Source: Candidatus Bathyarchaeota archaeon
Lineage (GTDB): Archaea; Thermoproteota; Bathyarchaeia; Bathyarchaeales; Bathycorpusculaceae
Assembly (NCBI GenBank): GCA_963715865.1
Contig: OY970280.1
Coordinates: forward strand, 704,001-768,000
Direction of reading: 5' to 3'
DNA length: 64,000 nucleotides
Numbering within the stretch: position 1 is the stretch's first letter; each line of letters opens with the position of its first letter. Below, in pieces: positions 48,121 through 57,419 of the stretch. Under the pieces are notes generated by a model. That model saw only the letters and a program-made list of their open reading frames with translations, did not search any database and was not told the DNA's origin. The translations under genes were made by a program, and so were the position numbers.

Positions 48121-49200
48121 TTAGGGTTGAGGGTTGATTTTAGTTTTTTCTGTGTTTGCCGCGGCTGAAATTGCTGGCTTTAGTTCAAGCCATTGCTGGG
48201 CTGCAAAGCCTATGAAAAAGCGGAACCATAGTGTTATTATTCTTGTTAGTATGGTGGCTGTGGCGGCTAAAGGTCCGTATATGCCCATTGAAATGTAAAG
48301 GGTAGTCATTACGGCTTCTGGAAGCCCAACTTCGAACGGTATACCTATAGGTATCGCTTTGACGGCTAAGAATATGGCTGAAGTGACGATGATTATGCTC
48401 CATGAAACTGGGTGTCCAAGTGACATGAAGACAAGGTATGGTATGCTTAAGCTGAAAAACCAAGATATAATCAAATAGAATAATGAGCCAGCTATGGCTT
48501 TTGGATTATGCCTGAACTCTTTCATTGCGTCGTGGAAGTGCTCTGTTATTTCGACTGTTTGTTCCTTCAAATTTGCCAGTTTCCATTTGCCCATAGTGAT
48601 TTTATGTGCAAGATTGGTTGTAAAATTGATAACTTTTAATGTCCATTGCTGCTTGAAACCTAAAACAATCATTAAACCGATTATGCCTATTATTGCTGCG
48701 GCAACTAGTATGATTGCGTTGAAGATTAAGGGGTTAACGTTTCCGCCGAAGGTAAGCAAGATTATCCCTGCAACTAGGGCAACAACGTTTAATGCCATGC
48801 CGAGAAGCCTGTGTGTAAAAAGTGAAGCTACTACTTTACCGAATGAGCCGCATTTGTCTCTTGTGCACAGGTACGTGCGGGTTACTTCTCCGCTTATGGA
48901 TTGTGCTGGAACGATGGTGTCAACGTAGATGCCGTACCAAACGTAAAGGTAAGCTCTAAAAATCGATAGTTTGATGGAGAGATAGTTGGTTAACACGTGC
49001 CAAGAAATCGTGAAAAACAACACGTCTAGCAGACCGAATATTATGGCTATTGAGTAGATGGTTGGGTCGGCGCTTTTTGCAGTGGCTAATATGCCTAAAA
49101 TGTCAACATGGAACAGGTAAATGTAGAGGAAGAAACCCAGTAAACCTAGCAGTGGAAAAAGCACTGTCTTCCAAGTTAATTTTGGTTTAGGCGATTCCAT
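48121..49200 (-). CDS. UPF0104 / lysylphosphatidylglycerol-synthase TM (flippase-like) protein
   Basis: Multi-TM; PAQSISGEVTR; IPFEVGLPEA; TRIITLW; start taken at ATG 49200. Confidence 0.8.
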   Translation of the reverse strand: MESPKPKLTWKTVLFPLLGLLGFFLYIYLFHVDILGILATAKSADPTIYSIAIIFGLLDVLFFTISWHVLTNYLSIKLSIFRAYLYVWYGIYVDTIVPAQSISGEVTRTYLCTRDKCGSFGKVVASLFTHRLLGMALNVVALVAGIILLTFGGNVNPLIFNAIILVAAAIIGIIGLMIVLGFKQQWTLKVINFTTNLAHKITMGKWKLANLKEQTVEITEHFHDAMKEFRHNPKAIAGSLFYLIISWFFSLSIPYLVFMSLGHPVSWSIIIVTSAIFLAVKAIPIGIPFEVGLPEAVMTTLYISMGIYGPLAATATILTRIITLWFRFFIGFAAQQWLELKPAISAAANTEKTKINPQP

Positions 49201-49460
49201 TTTGGTTTTTTGCACCCAACGTAAACCGTGAGATATGCGTATGCGATTATATACTTTGTCCAAATCCATGCTTTCTTTGCTAAAGAAGTGTGTTCTCCAG
49301 CTGTTGGAGAAAGCGCACACCAAAAAGGTTAGACAACCAACCTAAAATTCAGGGATAGCCAATACTGAAATTACCCCTTTCCATAAGAAATATTATTACT
49401 TAAATTAAGAATTATAAAAAGCAAAAAAGGAAAAAATTGATCTTTTCAACGCTTGAAGCT

Positions 49461-50006
49461 TTAGTATCTTGGTCTGTAACCGCCGCCAGAGCCTCTTCGG
49501 TCTCTGTCTCTGCTGCCGCCGCCGTAACCGCCGCCGCCACGCCTATCTCTACCGCCGTACCCACCGCCGCCTCCGAATCCTCTGCCGCCGCCTCTGAATG
49601 GTCGTCTTTCTTGCTCGTATGTTTTGCTGGACACGTTGTTTTCTGTGTTCACTTCTACGGTTAGGGGTTCTTTTGCTGGTTCAAGTTTGCCGTATTTGCC
49701 GATGTTTAGGCGTATGTTGCCTTTGAATAGGGTTACATAACCGTTTTCTACGCGGATAGTGTCGCCTTCGTTGACCTTTTCGATGTTGTCATCCCAGAGT
49801 GTCACGTATACTACGCCTGTTTCGTCGCCGACCAGTGCGTCGCTTACTTTGTGGGGGGATCCGTCTCTTCCCATTGGGATTTCGCGGATTTCTGTCTTGG
49901 ATACTACTTTGGCCGTAACGTTAACCGCTCTTGATTGTGGGGTTAAGTCGCCGACTTTTGCTTCTACTGGTTGCTTTTTGTTGTCGAAAAAACCTTCAAC
50001 AGCCAA
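49461..50006 (-). CDS. ssb: crenarchaeal-type single-stranded DNA-binding protein with RG/G-rich tail
   Basis: OB fold VGDETGVVYVTLWD, ENGYVTLFKGNIRLNIGKYG; tail RGGGRGFGGGGGYGG. Confidence 0.88.
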   Translation of the reverse strand: MAVEGFFDNKKQPVEAKVGDLTPQSRAVNVTAKVVSKTEIREIPMGRDGSPHKVSDALVGDETGVVYVTLWDDNIEKVNEGDTIRVENGYVTLFKGNIRLNIGKYGKLEPAKEPLTVEVNTENNVSSKTYEQERRPFRGGGRGFGGGGGYGGRDRRGGGGYGGGSRDRDRRGSGGGYRPRY

Positions 50007-50190
50007 TTGGTTCTACATCCTAGTTTTTAATCTAAGAAAAACTACATTTTCTCTACACTTAAGTGTTTCGCTTTAACAATTTTATTTTTTTAGTGTTCTT
50101 CATTTTAATAAGTTTACATTGCATTATATTTGCGAGAAAAATTTTAGATAAAGGTCGCTGATTTTTTAAAGTTAGGACTAAGTTAATTGT

Positions 50191-50898
50191 TTAGAGTTCT
50201 TTTGCATTAGACATGATTTTTTTCTTGTTTAGCTGCTTTGCCGTAAGGACTATTGCGGCTGTTCCTAAAGCAATGAATAGGGCAAGTATGGTTGTGCTTG
50301 GAAATTCTGGAATAACTGCGGTTACTGAGTCAACCGTATCTTGATGATCAATTAGATTAGCGGTTTCTCCAGCTGCAGGGTGATCAGCAAGGTCTGTTTG
50401 CAAGTTTAATCCGGTGGGTCCTGTGCTTGTAACGTTAAATGTAAGTGTTGCTATAGTTCCGCTTCCGGTGAAACCAGGGGTTGCTTGACCAACCGATTGT
50501 GCCACGAGGTGGTAGCTCCCTGACACTTTTTCTTCTTGAACATATATGTCGCCAGAACTAAGTGAATTGGAATCGTAGTTCAGCTTATTTCCGTGAAGAA
50601 CACCATTAGAGTGAGATTCTACCCCTAGATTAAGAACTACGTTTGAGAGGCTAAGAACTGAAGAGTTCCATTGAAGAGTAGCATCTATGCCAGCGAGATT
50701 TTGAACATTTGAAATTTTAAGGGTAACTGTTAAGGTGCTGCCTATTTGAGGTTGGCTTGTGGATGCTTCTGCGTTCACCACCGTGCTGCTTGACTGTGCT
50801 GAGACAGTATAGATAAGGCAAAATGAAAGCAAAGCGCAGATTAAAATGGCTATAATTTTCTTGGGTGTTAACTTAATCGGGCTTTTCATTTTATTCAC
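50191..50898 (-). CDS. secreted cohesin-domain protein with PEF-CTERM-like sorting signal
   Basis: TVTLKISNVQNLAGIDATLQWNSSVL, GSGTIATLTFNV; C-terminal IPEFP + TM + KKK. Confidence 0.75.
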   Translation of the reverse strand: MNKMKSPIKLTPKKIIAILICALLSFCLIYTVSAQSSSTVVNAEASTSQPQIGSTLTVTLKISNVQNLAGIDATLQWNSSVLSLSNVVLNLGVESHSNGVLHGNKLNYDSNSLSSGDIYVQEEKVSGSYHLVAQSVGQATPGFTGSGTIATLTFNVTSTGPTGLNLQTDLADHPAAGETANLIDHQDTVDSVTAVIPEFPSTTILALFIALGTAAIVLTAKQLNKKKIMSNAKEL

Positions 50899-51826
50899 CT
50901 TTTACCCGTTCTGTAAGATTCACTATTTTGTCTCGCCCATTCTTATACCTTGTTATATTACCCTTCCTCTCTAAAGTAGCTAATAGTTGACTTGTTTTAG
51001 CCTTAGAAAACCTGCACTGCTCGACGATAGCTGATTGGCGCATGCTGCCGCCAGAAGATTTGAGGATTTTTATTACTTTATCTTCCTCACTTTCAATCGG
51101 TGATGCATCTTCAAGGACAACTGATGCAGATTTACCGTTCAATTTGCGGCGTTTAAACCTGTAGAAGCCTAACAAGGATAATGTGGCTCCAACTGCTGCA
51201 ACTGCGCCTATGATTGCATACTGTTGCCAACCATTATTTCCGGTCTGAGGAGTGCTCGTTAAAATAATATTAGGTTCGCCGTTAACCAAGTCTTGGGTTC
51301 TAGACCACACAAACGTTTCGGCTGAATCGTCACGCTCGTAGGGTGCAGGAGAAATTGATTTAATGCTAAAGTTTGAGGGGTAGCTTACTTGTAGAGAAGC
51401 ATCTCCAAAAAGTTGGCTAAAAAAATTATTGGCGTGAAACACGTCGCCAAATATGATTTCATTTCCCTGAATTACACTGAAGTTTTGCCACAGGAAAGAG
51501 TATTCAGTGGTTTTAGATTCTGAAGATATAGTAGTGCTAATTTGGAGGGAACTCTCATCTACAGCCATTTCTCGATGAGTTGCGCTTGCTACGAAATCGA
51601 CAAGATTAAAAATTTTTTGTTGAAAATCTTGCCACGTTTCTATTGTGGCATTAATATTCGAAAATTGAGTCACAATCCAAACCGCTGAGCCATCACTGTT
51701 TATTTGAACTTTATACTCAACATAATTTTGGCACCTTGCTTCGTGGAGCGGAAGAAGCAAAAACAGTAGCATACAGACGGCGAAGCAAGCGATTAGGCGG
51801 TAAACTCTCATCTGGATTCTATCCAA
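50891..51826 (-). CDS. membrane-spanning one-component regulator: extracellular domain + TM + C-terminal wHTH
   Basis: Signal peptide; TM YAIIGAVAAVGATLSLLGF; EEDKVIKIL...QSAIVEQCRFSKAKTSQLLATLERKG. Confidence 0.72.
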   Translation of the reverse strand: MDRIQMRVYRLIACFAVCMLLFLLLPLHEARCQNYVEYKVQINSDGSAVWIVTQFSNINATIETWQDFQQKIFNLVDFVASATHREMAVDESSLQISTTISSESKTTEYSFLWQNFSVIQGNEIIFGDVFHANNFFSQLFGDASLQVSYPSNFSIKSISPAPYERDDSAETFVWSRTQDLVNGEPNIILTSTPQTGNNGWQQYAIIGAVAAVGATLSLLGFYRFKRRKLNGKSASVVLEDASPIESEEDKVIKILKSSGGSMRQSAIVEQCRFSKAKTSQLLATLERKGNITRYKNGRDKIVNLTERVKGE

Positions 51827-52004
51827 TGGAATGCTTCAACCACATTTAAAATTATAAATGTTTTTAATCTTTTTGAGATTCCCCCGCGCACTTTCGCTTT
51901 CGTAACTTATTTAACAAAATCTTATTTCTTACTAAATGACATATTTATAGCTAATTTAAACGCAAAAAACCATATTTGAAGCTTATAAATTAAATTAGGC
52001 ACAA

Positions 52005-52030
52005 ATGAACTTTTATGAACTAAAATGAAC
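52005..52030. promoter_or_regulatory. three ATGAAC direct repeats at exact 10-bp period
   Basis: ATGAAC at 52005, 52015 and 52025 in the divergent intergenic region. Confidence 0.55.
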
Positions 52031-52124
52031 CATTATTGCGATTTTTTAGCTAAAACAAGCTCAGAAACGCTTTTATCCGTAAACAAATAAGAGCGTTTGA
52101 GAAACACAAAGAAGAGGACGAAAA

Positions 52125-52934
52125 ATGAACAAAAAAATTCCAATGGTACTTGCATTCATAGCATTAGTCGCAGTAAGCAGTTTAAGCTTAGTAGGTGCTA
52201 ACGCATCCTTAGTCAGCCAAGCGAACATGGTAGCAAACGCTCAAAATGGGCTCTCTCATCGAAGCTACATACGCATTAACGGTGTCATATCCCAGTGGGG
52301 AACAACCCCCGTGAATGGCACACTTCAAACCCAAGCTAGAACAGCACTGTTTGAAGACTCAAACACAAACCAGTTAGCTTCAGCCACTGCCATATGGACA
52401 ACCAATACGTCTCGTCCCATCAGCGCTGTCCAATCAAAGGAAAACTTCACGTACACTTTCTACGCAGCAAGATTGGCGAATGCTTCAGTATCAACTTTAA
52501 GCGCTAGTTCAGTTGCCACCGACTATTTCCTTAACGGCACATGGAACGTTTACACAGTGACAAGCAATGTGACAATTATTACCAACGCAAATGGAGAAAT
52601 AACAGAAGTCCACCGAACCTCAGACACCTCCGTTCAAAAGGCATACGGAGAACTTAACGTTACTGACAACTGGAGCAAATTCACACTCGCAATAAACGGA
52701 ATTGACCCATTGACAGGTTCAGTGTTCCGTTCAATGACAAGGCAAGTTCAGTTTAACCCATTCCAAGTAACTGACGATACAACAAGCAACGCAGTTACCA
52801 GAGCAGATATAGCTGCAGTAATACAAAGCTACGGAGCCATGCCAGGCTGGGGCAACTACGATTCCAGAATGGACTTTTGCGGTCACTATAAAATAGACAT
52901 CGCTGACCTATCAACAGTAGCTTGCAACATGTAA
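52125..52934 (+). CDS. secreted protein with C-terminal dockerin-like module
   Basis: Signal peptide; VTRADIAAVIQSYG...YDSRMDFCGHYKIDIADLSTVA. Confidence 0.68.
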   Translation: MNKKIPMVLAFIALVAVSSLSLVGANASLVSQANMVANAQNGLSHRSYIRINGVISQWGTTPVNGTLQTQARTALFEDSNTNQLASATAIWTTNTSRPISAVQSKENFTYTFYAARLANASVSTLSASSVATDYFLNGTWNVYTVTSNVTIITNANGEITEVHRTSDTSVQKAYGELNVTDNWSKFTLAINGIDPLTGSVFRSMTRQVQFNPFQVTDDTTSNAVTRADIAAVIQSYGAMPGWGNYDSRMDFCGHYKIDIADLSTVACNM

Positions 52935-52939
52935 AAAAT

Positions 52940-52965
52940 CCCTTATTTTTCTTTTTTTTGTTTTT
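52940..52965 (+). terminator. oligo-T terminator
   Basis: CCCTTATTTTTCTTTTTTTTGTTTTT just after stop 52934. Confidence 0.6.
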
Positions 52966-53018
52966 CTAAAAAATTGGTGGCTAAGTTAATTACTATAAAT
53001 GTGTCTATTAAGTGAGTA

Positions 53019-53213
53019 ATGGCTGAAACAATGGCGGAAGCTAAAAAAAGCATTGAAAAAACTGAGGAGCAAAAATCCGTAAAGTTGCCGTGCGGATGCG
53101 TGTACCAAGATAAAGGCTGGATGCTTACTCGAGTTGACGAATGCGAATATCATAAGCGCAAGCGAGCAACTAAGCGCCCGTACAGGCCTAAAGCTGAATG
53201 CGTAAGACCATAA
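53019..53213 (+). CDS. small putative zinc-binding protein
   Basis: LPCGC...ECEYH; basic tail. Confidence 0.5.
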   Translation: MAETMAEAKKSIEKTEEQKSVKLPCGCVYQDKGWMLTRVDECEYHKRKRATKRPYRPKAECVRP

Positions 53214-53307
53214 GAGAAAAAAGGGTATTGAGCAGCATTATACTCTAAATTTAAATTCAAATTTTTTCCGCAAGAGATTTAACAATCAAAGCAGATGTTC
53301 ATGCACC

Positions 53308-54426
53308 TTGGCAACCTCAAAAAAACCCCGTGAGCAAAAACAAAAATCACCTAATTTACGGCGAATGGTTAGAATTCTTCTCCAAGTAGTGCTTATGGTC
53401 GCTATTTTCGGCGCATTACTCTGGTATGTGGGAATAGGTTCGCTGTATAATGCATTGCTTACCATTAAGATAGAGTATTTGCTTCTTGCTTTCCTTATGT
53501 ATTTTGGAATAAACCTTCTCTTTACAGTACGGCTAAGACGGGTCCTAGGTAAAGATGGCGTAAAAACATCTTTTGGCAAAACACTTCTTGCTCAATATGC
53601 TGGAATGTTAACGAGCGATGTCACACCTGGACGCTCAGGTTACATTTTAACCCCAGTTTACCTTAGAGATCAGAATGTTCCAACATCAAAAGGGCTCTCA
53701 AGCGTCTTAGGTATACAAACAATAGAGTTTTTAGTTAAAGTGATCGGCGGAGTAGGAGCAGTAATTTATCTAGTTAAAGTAGTACCAACAGAGACCTGGA
53801 ATCTATTATTCCCCCAGACGGTTGCGGGGATAAATTTGGGTTTAATAGTCGCAGGATTAGGCATAGCATTAATGCTCACAGGAGCAATCTTACTAGCGGC
53901 TTTCACATGGTCCCAAAGAGCCATCTCATTATTTGACCGAATCGCAAATTCTAGACTACTAAAAAGATTTACAGGCGGCTTAATGGGGAAACTTGAAGAA
54001 TACAAAGAAAGCTCCCATAGCACCCGTCGAGCAATCCCAGAAATAGGCATCTTAACAGTCGCATGCTGGATTTTGAAGGGTTTTGAATGGTACTTTTTAG
54101 GCTTAGCCTTAGGAATTACGCAGATACCATGGATAGCTTACTTCCTTATTCACCCGTTGGTAACCGCTTTAGCTTTTGTTCCCATAACTCCCGCTGGGGC
54201 TGGCGTACAAGAATTCGGAATTATTGGAATCTTTGGACTCATACTTAACGTACCTGCTCACCCAGAACTGGTACCAGTAATTGCTGCATTCGCTTTGCTT
54301 GCTCGTGGCTTACTGATTTTTGAAGACCTCGCAGGAGTGCCCCAAATTGTAAAGTCAACAAGCCTAATCTTTTCACGCAAGAAGCCTACGGAACAGCTAG
54401 AGCCACAACCTGCAAACCCCATTTAG
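53308..54426 (+). CDS. UPF0104 / lysylphosphatidylglycerol-synthase TM (flippase-like) protein
   Basis: SDVTPGRSG, VPITPAGAGVQE, multi-TM. Confidence 0.82.
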   Translation: MATSKKPREQKQKSPNLRRMVRILLQVVLMVAIFGALLWYVGIGSLYNALLTIKIEYLLLAFLMYFGINLLFTVRLRRVLGKDGVKTSFGKTLLAQYAGMLTSDVTPGRSGYILTPVYLRDQNVPTSKGLSSVLGIQTIEFLVKVIGGVGAVIYLVKVVPTETWNLLFPQTVAGINLGLIVAGLGIALMLTGAILLAAFTWSQRAISLFDRIANSRLLKRFTGGLMGKLEEYKESSHSTRRAIPEIGILTVACWILKGFEWYFLGLALGITQIPWIAYFLIHPLVTALAFVPITPAGAGVQEFGIIGIFGLILNVPAHPELVPVIAAFALLARGLLIFEDLAGVPQIVKSTSLIFSRKKPTEQLEPQPANPI

Positions 54427-54494
54427 AACCAGCACTTTCAAACCAACAATAGTATAGCAACGCTTTTTATCATCTTATTGCCAAAAAAGGAAGC

Positions 54495-54989
54495 GTGCGT
54501 GAAATGAATTCTGAGTTTACTATTAGAAAAATGACCCAAAGTGACACAGGCAGTCTTAAGCAAATTGTAGGCTTGTCTTTTCCAAGGTTCTTCCGCTTCT
54601 TCGCCACCCACAGCCTAAACGAAGAGGGGGAAGTGCTCGTAAGTGAAACCCAAGGCACAGCTATAGGCTTCGCTAAACTAGTAGAGTTTCATGTGGGCGA
54701 CGGCAAAATCGGTTGCATACTTTGGCTTGCAGTTCACCCGCAGTTTCGCCGAAAAAGCATTGCTAGTACACTCGTAAAAGCTGGAACCGAACGCCTCAAG
54801 CACGATGGTGCAAGAGCGGTTTTTGCTTCCGTGCAAAGGAGAAACGTTGCTTCCTTAGCGGTTTTTAGCATGCAAGGTTTCAGAAAAATGGGTTTTCTGG
54901 GTTTATGGCGGCTTTTTGGTTGGCGCATTTTTGAGTTTTATAGGGATATTTGGTTTGCCCCTAGAGAAATCGTGTTAATGTACGATTAG
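54495..54989 (+). CDS. GNAT family acetyltransferase
   Basis: WLAVHPQFRRKSIA, NVASLAVFSMQGF. Confidence 0.75.
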   Translation: MREMNSEFTIRKMTQSDTGSLKQIVGLSFPRFFRFFATHSLNEEGEVLVSETQGTAIGFAKLVEFHVGDGKIGCILWLAVHPQFRRKSIASTLVKAGTERLKHDGARAVFASVQRRNVASLAVFSMQGFRKMGFLGLWRLFGWRIFEFYRDIWFAPREIVLMYD

Positions 54990-55084
54990 TTAATGCTGCA
55001 ACATTATGTCTTTTGCGAAAAATCTTGCAGTATAGTCAACTTCAAAACCCGACTACTTGTAAGGCGCGCATGGGTGTTCCTAAA

Positions 55085-55330
55085 TTAGTTTGCAAAGTAT
55101 CTGATGCTTCTGGCTTTGCATTGATTATGCGTGTTGATGGCTGCTTGAGCCGTTAGAAGCATAATGACGATTCAGAGCTGAAAATGAAAGGTGACTTTGG
55201 CTAATCCTCTCAGATTGTGCTGCGTGAGGCTGACCAAATTCTTAAGTCTGCTGAAAACTCGCTCAACAGCTACCCGTTTCTTGTAGGCTCTTCTGAACTT
55301 TTGAGGCCCATAACTGCGTGCGCGGTTCAA
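55085..55330 (-). mobile_element. truncated DDE transposase remnant (IS4/IS5-superfamily-like C-terminus)
   Basis: Manual translation YKKRVAVERVFSRLK (Y-2-R-3-E-6-K signature)...HNLRGLAKV...FQL*IVIMLLTA; in-frame TGA at 55174; 5' part missing. Confidence 0.7.
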
Positions 55331-55481
55331 GTACCCTAAGACCGAACCGATTCAAGTTTTAATCCGACCCGTGTAACGATGCCTTTAGATTCACCCGACA
55401 AAGAATCTCTAGTTCGTAAAAGATTAATTACTAGTTATTATACACTGAATTTCAGTTGATTTTCAGGATGGATGAAATAAG

Positions 55482-56000
55482 ATGGAAAAAGAGAGGAAAG
55501 CTGAGCCGGCGCCGTATGACCCTTACGGTCGTGGGAAGGAGTCATTGCCTTTTAAGGTGGTGGTGAAGCCGCGGTCGGTTATGGGCGATTATATCGCGCT
55601 TCATGGTCTGTGTCCCCAGAACGAATTGCCAGAGAACATGCGTGGAAAGATTCCTGAGGATGAAATTTGGATGCGGCAGGATGTTTATGATGATCCAAAA
55701 AGAAGGGAGCGGATTCTTCAGGGACACGAGAAGTACGAGCTCACGTTGATGGAAACAGAGGGTTTAACGTATAAGCAGGCGCACCGTAAGGCGGAATTGC
55801 ATGAGAAATTTTACCTTTTTGAAAAAGACTTAGGGAAGCTTGAGAAAAATCTGAGGATGAAACACCATGAGCCTGTGAATATTATAGAGCCAACGCGAAA
55901 GTTTGAAACGAGCAAGAATAAAGAAACAAAACAAGCTAATAAAAAAACAGATGCCAAGAGCGAGGAAAGAAGCAACAATCCATCTGGAAAAGGAGAATAA
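55482..56000 (+). CDS. hypothetical protein with HExxE...H motif
   Basis: GHEKYELTLM...LTYKQAH; charged C-terminal tail. Confidence 0.6.
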   Translation: MEKERKAEPAPYDPYGRGKESLPFKVVVKPRSVMGDYIALHGLCPQNELPENMRGKIPEDEIWMRQDVYDDPKRRERILQGHEKYELTLMETEGLTYKQAHRKAELHEKFYLFEKDLGKLEKNLRMKHHEPVNIIEPTRKFETSKNKETKQANKKTDAKSEERSNNPSGKGE

Positions 56001-56235
56001 CAAATAGTTGAAATGATTAAATCGCATACAGAAAAAAGGACTTGAGAGACAGAAAGCAAAGATGCACTAAGAGTTACGTGTTCCTTTTCACCTTTTCTTC
56101 CAAAGCTTTCATCGAACTTCTAAGTCGTCGAGCCTTTTCTTTTCTGCGTGTGCAGCTGCAGAAGTATGCTTCTTTAATGTCTCTTCAAGCTGCGCGCTTC
56201 CCGGAATCAAAACTTATTAAGACCAAAAGAAGTTA

Positions 56236-56763
56236 TTGACTAAAGAGCCAAGTTCTCAGTTGGTTTCGTATATGACTTCAACTTCAATCGGTGACCAAAA
56301 AATCGACGAAATGACTCAAAAAATTTTGACAGAAATTGAAAATAAAAGCTCGAAAGAGCTTGCAGAGTCCGACGAAATGATAAAGATTCTGCATTTGACA
56401 AATATGCATCACGCGAAAACTTTGCTGCAGCATATGGATGAAGCGCCTACTGGAACCGAACGGAACGCCGGGAAACAGGCTCTTGTAAAGGCACTGCTGC
56501 TTTCTGTGTGGCATCAGAGGTTATATTTCATTGTACGTTCATTCATCATGGGCATACTTGGTGCTTCGCTTACGCTTGTTTTCGTGCTGATTTTTGGCTC
56601 CATAAACCTCATCTTAGAAATTCCTTTGGGCATATTCTCTTTCGTGTTTACACTGGCCACCTCGCGACTGCTCGATGTGCAGATTGTCAAAGCCACAAGA
56701 ATTATAGTTGACCTTTTAGCGAACCATAAGAGTTTGAGGGATTTTGTTCTAAGCCACTTCTAA
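56236..56763 (+). CDS. hypothetical membrane protein
   Basis: 175-aa ORF with two TM segments near C-terminus. Confidence 0.6.
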   Translation: MTKEPSSQLVSYMTSTSIGDQKIDEMTQKILTEIENKSSKELAESDEMIKILHLTNMHHAKTLLQHMDEAPTGTERNAGKQALVKALLLSVWHQRLYFIVRSFIMGILGASLTLVFVLIFGSINLILEIPLGIFSFVFTLATSRLLDVQIVKATRIIVDLLANHKSLRDFVLSHF

Positions 56764-57101
56764 CGCCAGAATTCACTAGGGCCATCAGGGGCCTCTGACG
56801 CCTGCCTGACTTTTGAGGGCCACCAATTGTACTTCTTGGCGATGGCTATAAGCGCGCGTTAACGAAGATCTTTCTTTATGGGCAGGACGTTTTCGACAGC
56901 CTAATATGTGGGTGCTATGAATCTATCCTTTTGGGAATGGAAGAACTTTCAGGCGCTGAATTACTTTTCTTTTGTCAAGGTTAATTAAAAAATTATTGTT
57001 CGTTCATTTTTTGCACTTATGTTCAGTAATTTTGAACGATATTATTTAAATGCTTTCTTAAATAGAAAAAACACTAAGAAGCATATTTCTTTAGAATTAA
57101 A

Positions 57102-57255
57102 TGGTCGGGAGAGCAGGATTTGAACCTGCGACGGCTCGGTATCTGTGGCCTGTGCAGGCTAGAATGAAGCCCACCATGGGTAGACCTCTACAGCGTCTCC
57201 ACCAGCTAAGCATGTTAGCCAGTTCGAGAGCTCTGCCAGGCTGAGCTACCTCCCG
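57102..57255 (-). tRNA. tRNA-Tyr(GUA) with two introns (30/31 at 57224-57195; 37/38 at 57187-57141)
   Basis: Acceptor CGGGAGG/TCTCCCG (C1:G72), A73, encoded CCA; D arm GCTC/GAGC; T arm GCAGG-TTCAAAT-CCTGC; removing both introns gives stem CTCGG/CCGAG and loop CTGTAGA. Confidence 0.92.
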
Positions 57256-57419
57256 ACAAAGACCATAAGGATATGATAAAAGAATTTATGTTTTTTGGCA
57301 TTTTCCGATATCTCCAGCCATACTAAACATTTTAATCTTCTATCAAAGTGTGTGTCTCAGATAGGTTTTTATGTTGAAAAACTGTAACGCGTTTTAAGGG
57401 CAAAAAGAGGCGTATCTAA

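Noticed and set aside
49437-49664. GCC-rich repeats and an Ala-rich + strand ORF
   Set aside because: Antisense shadow of the Gly/Arg-rich SSB tail.
55172-55174. In-frame TGA as selenocysteine
   Set aside because: It lies in a 5'-truncated transposase relic; a simple nonsense mutation explains it.
56765-57000. Possible decayed ORF on the minus strand
   Set aside because: Stops occur in all frames examined and no family was recognisable.
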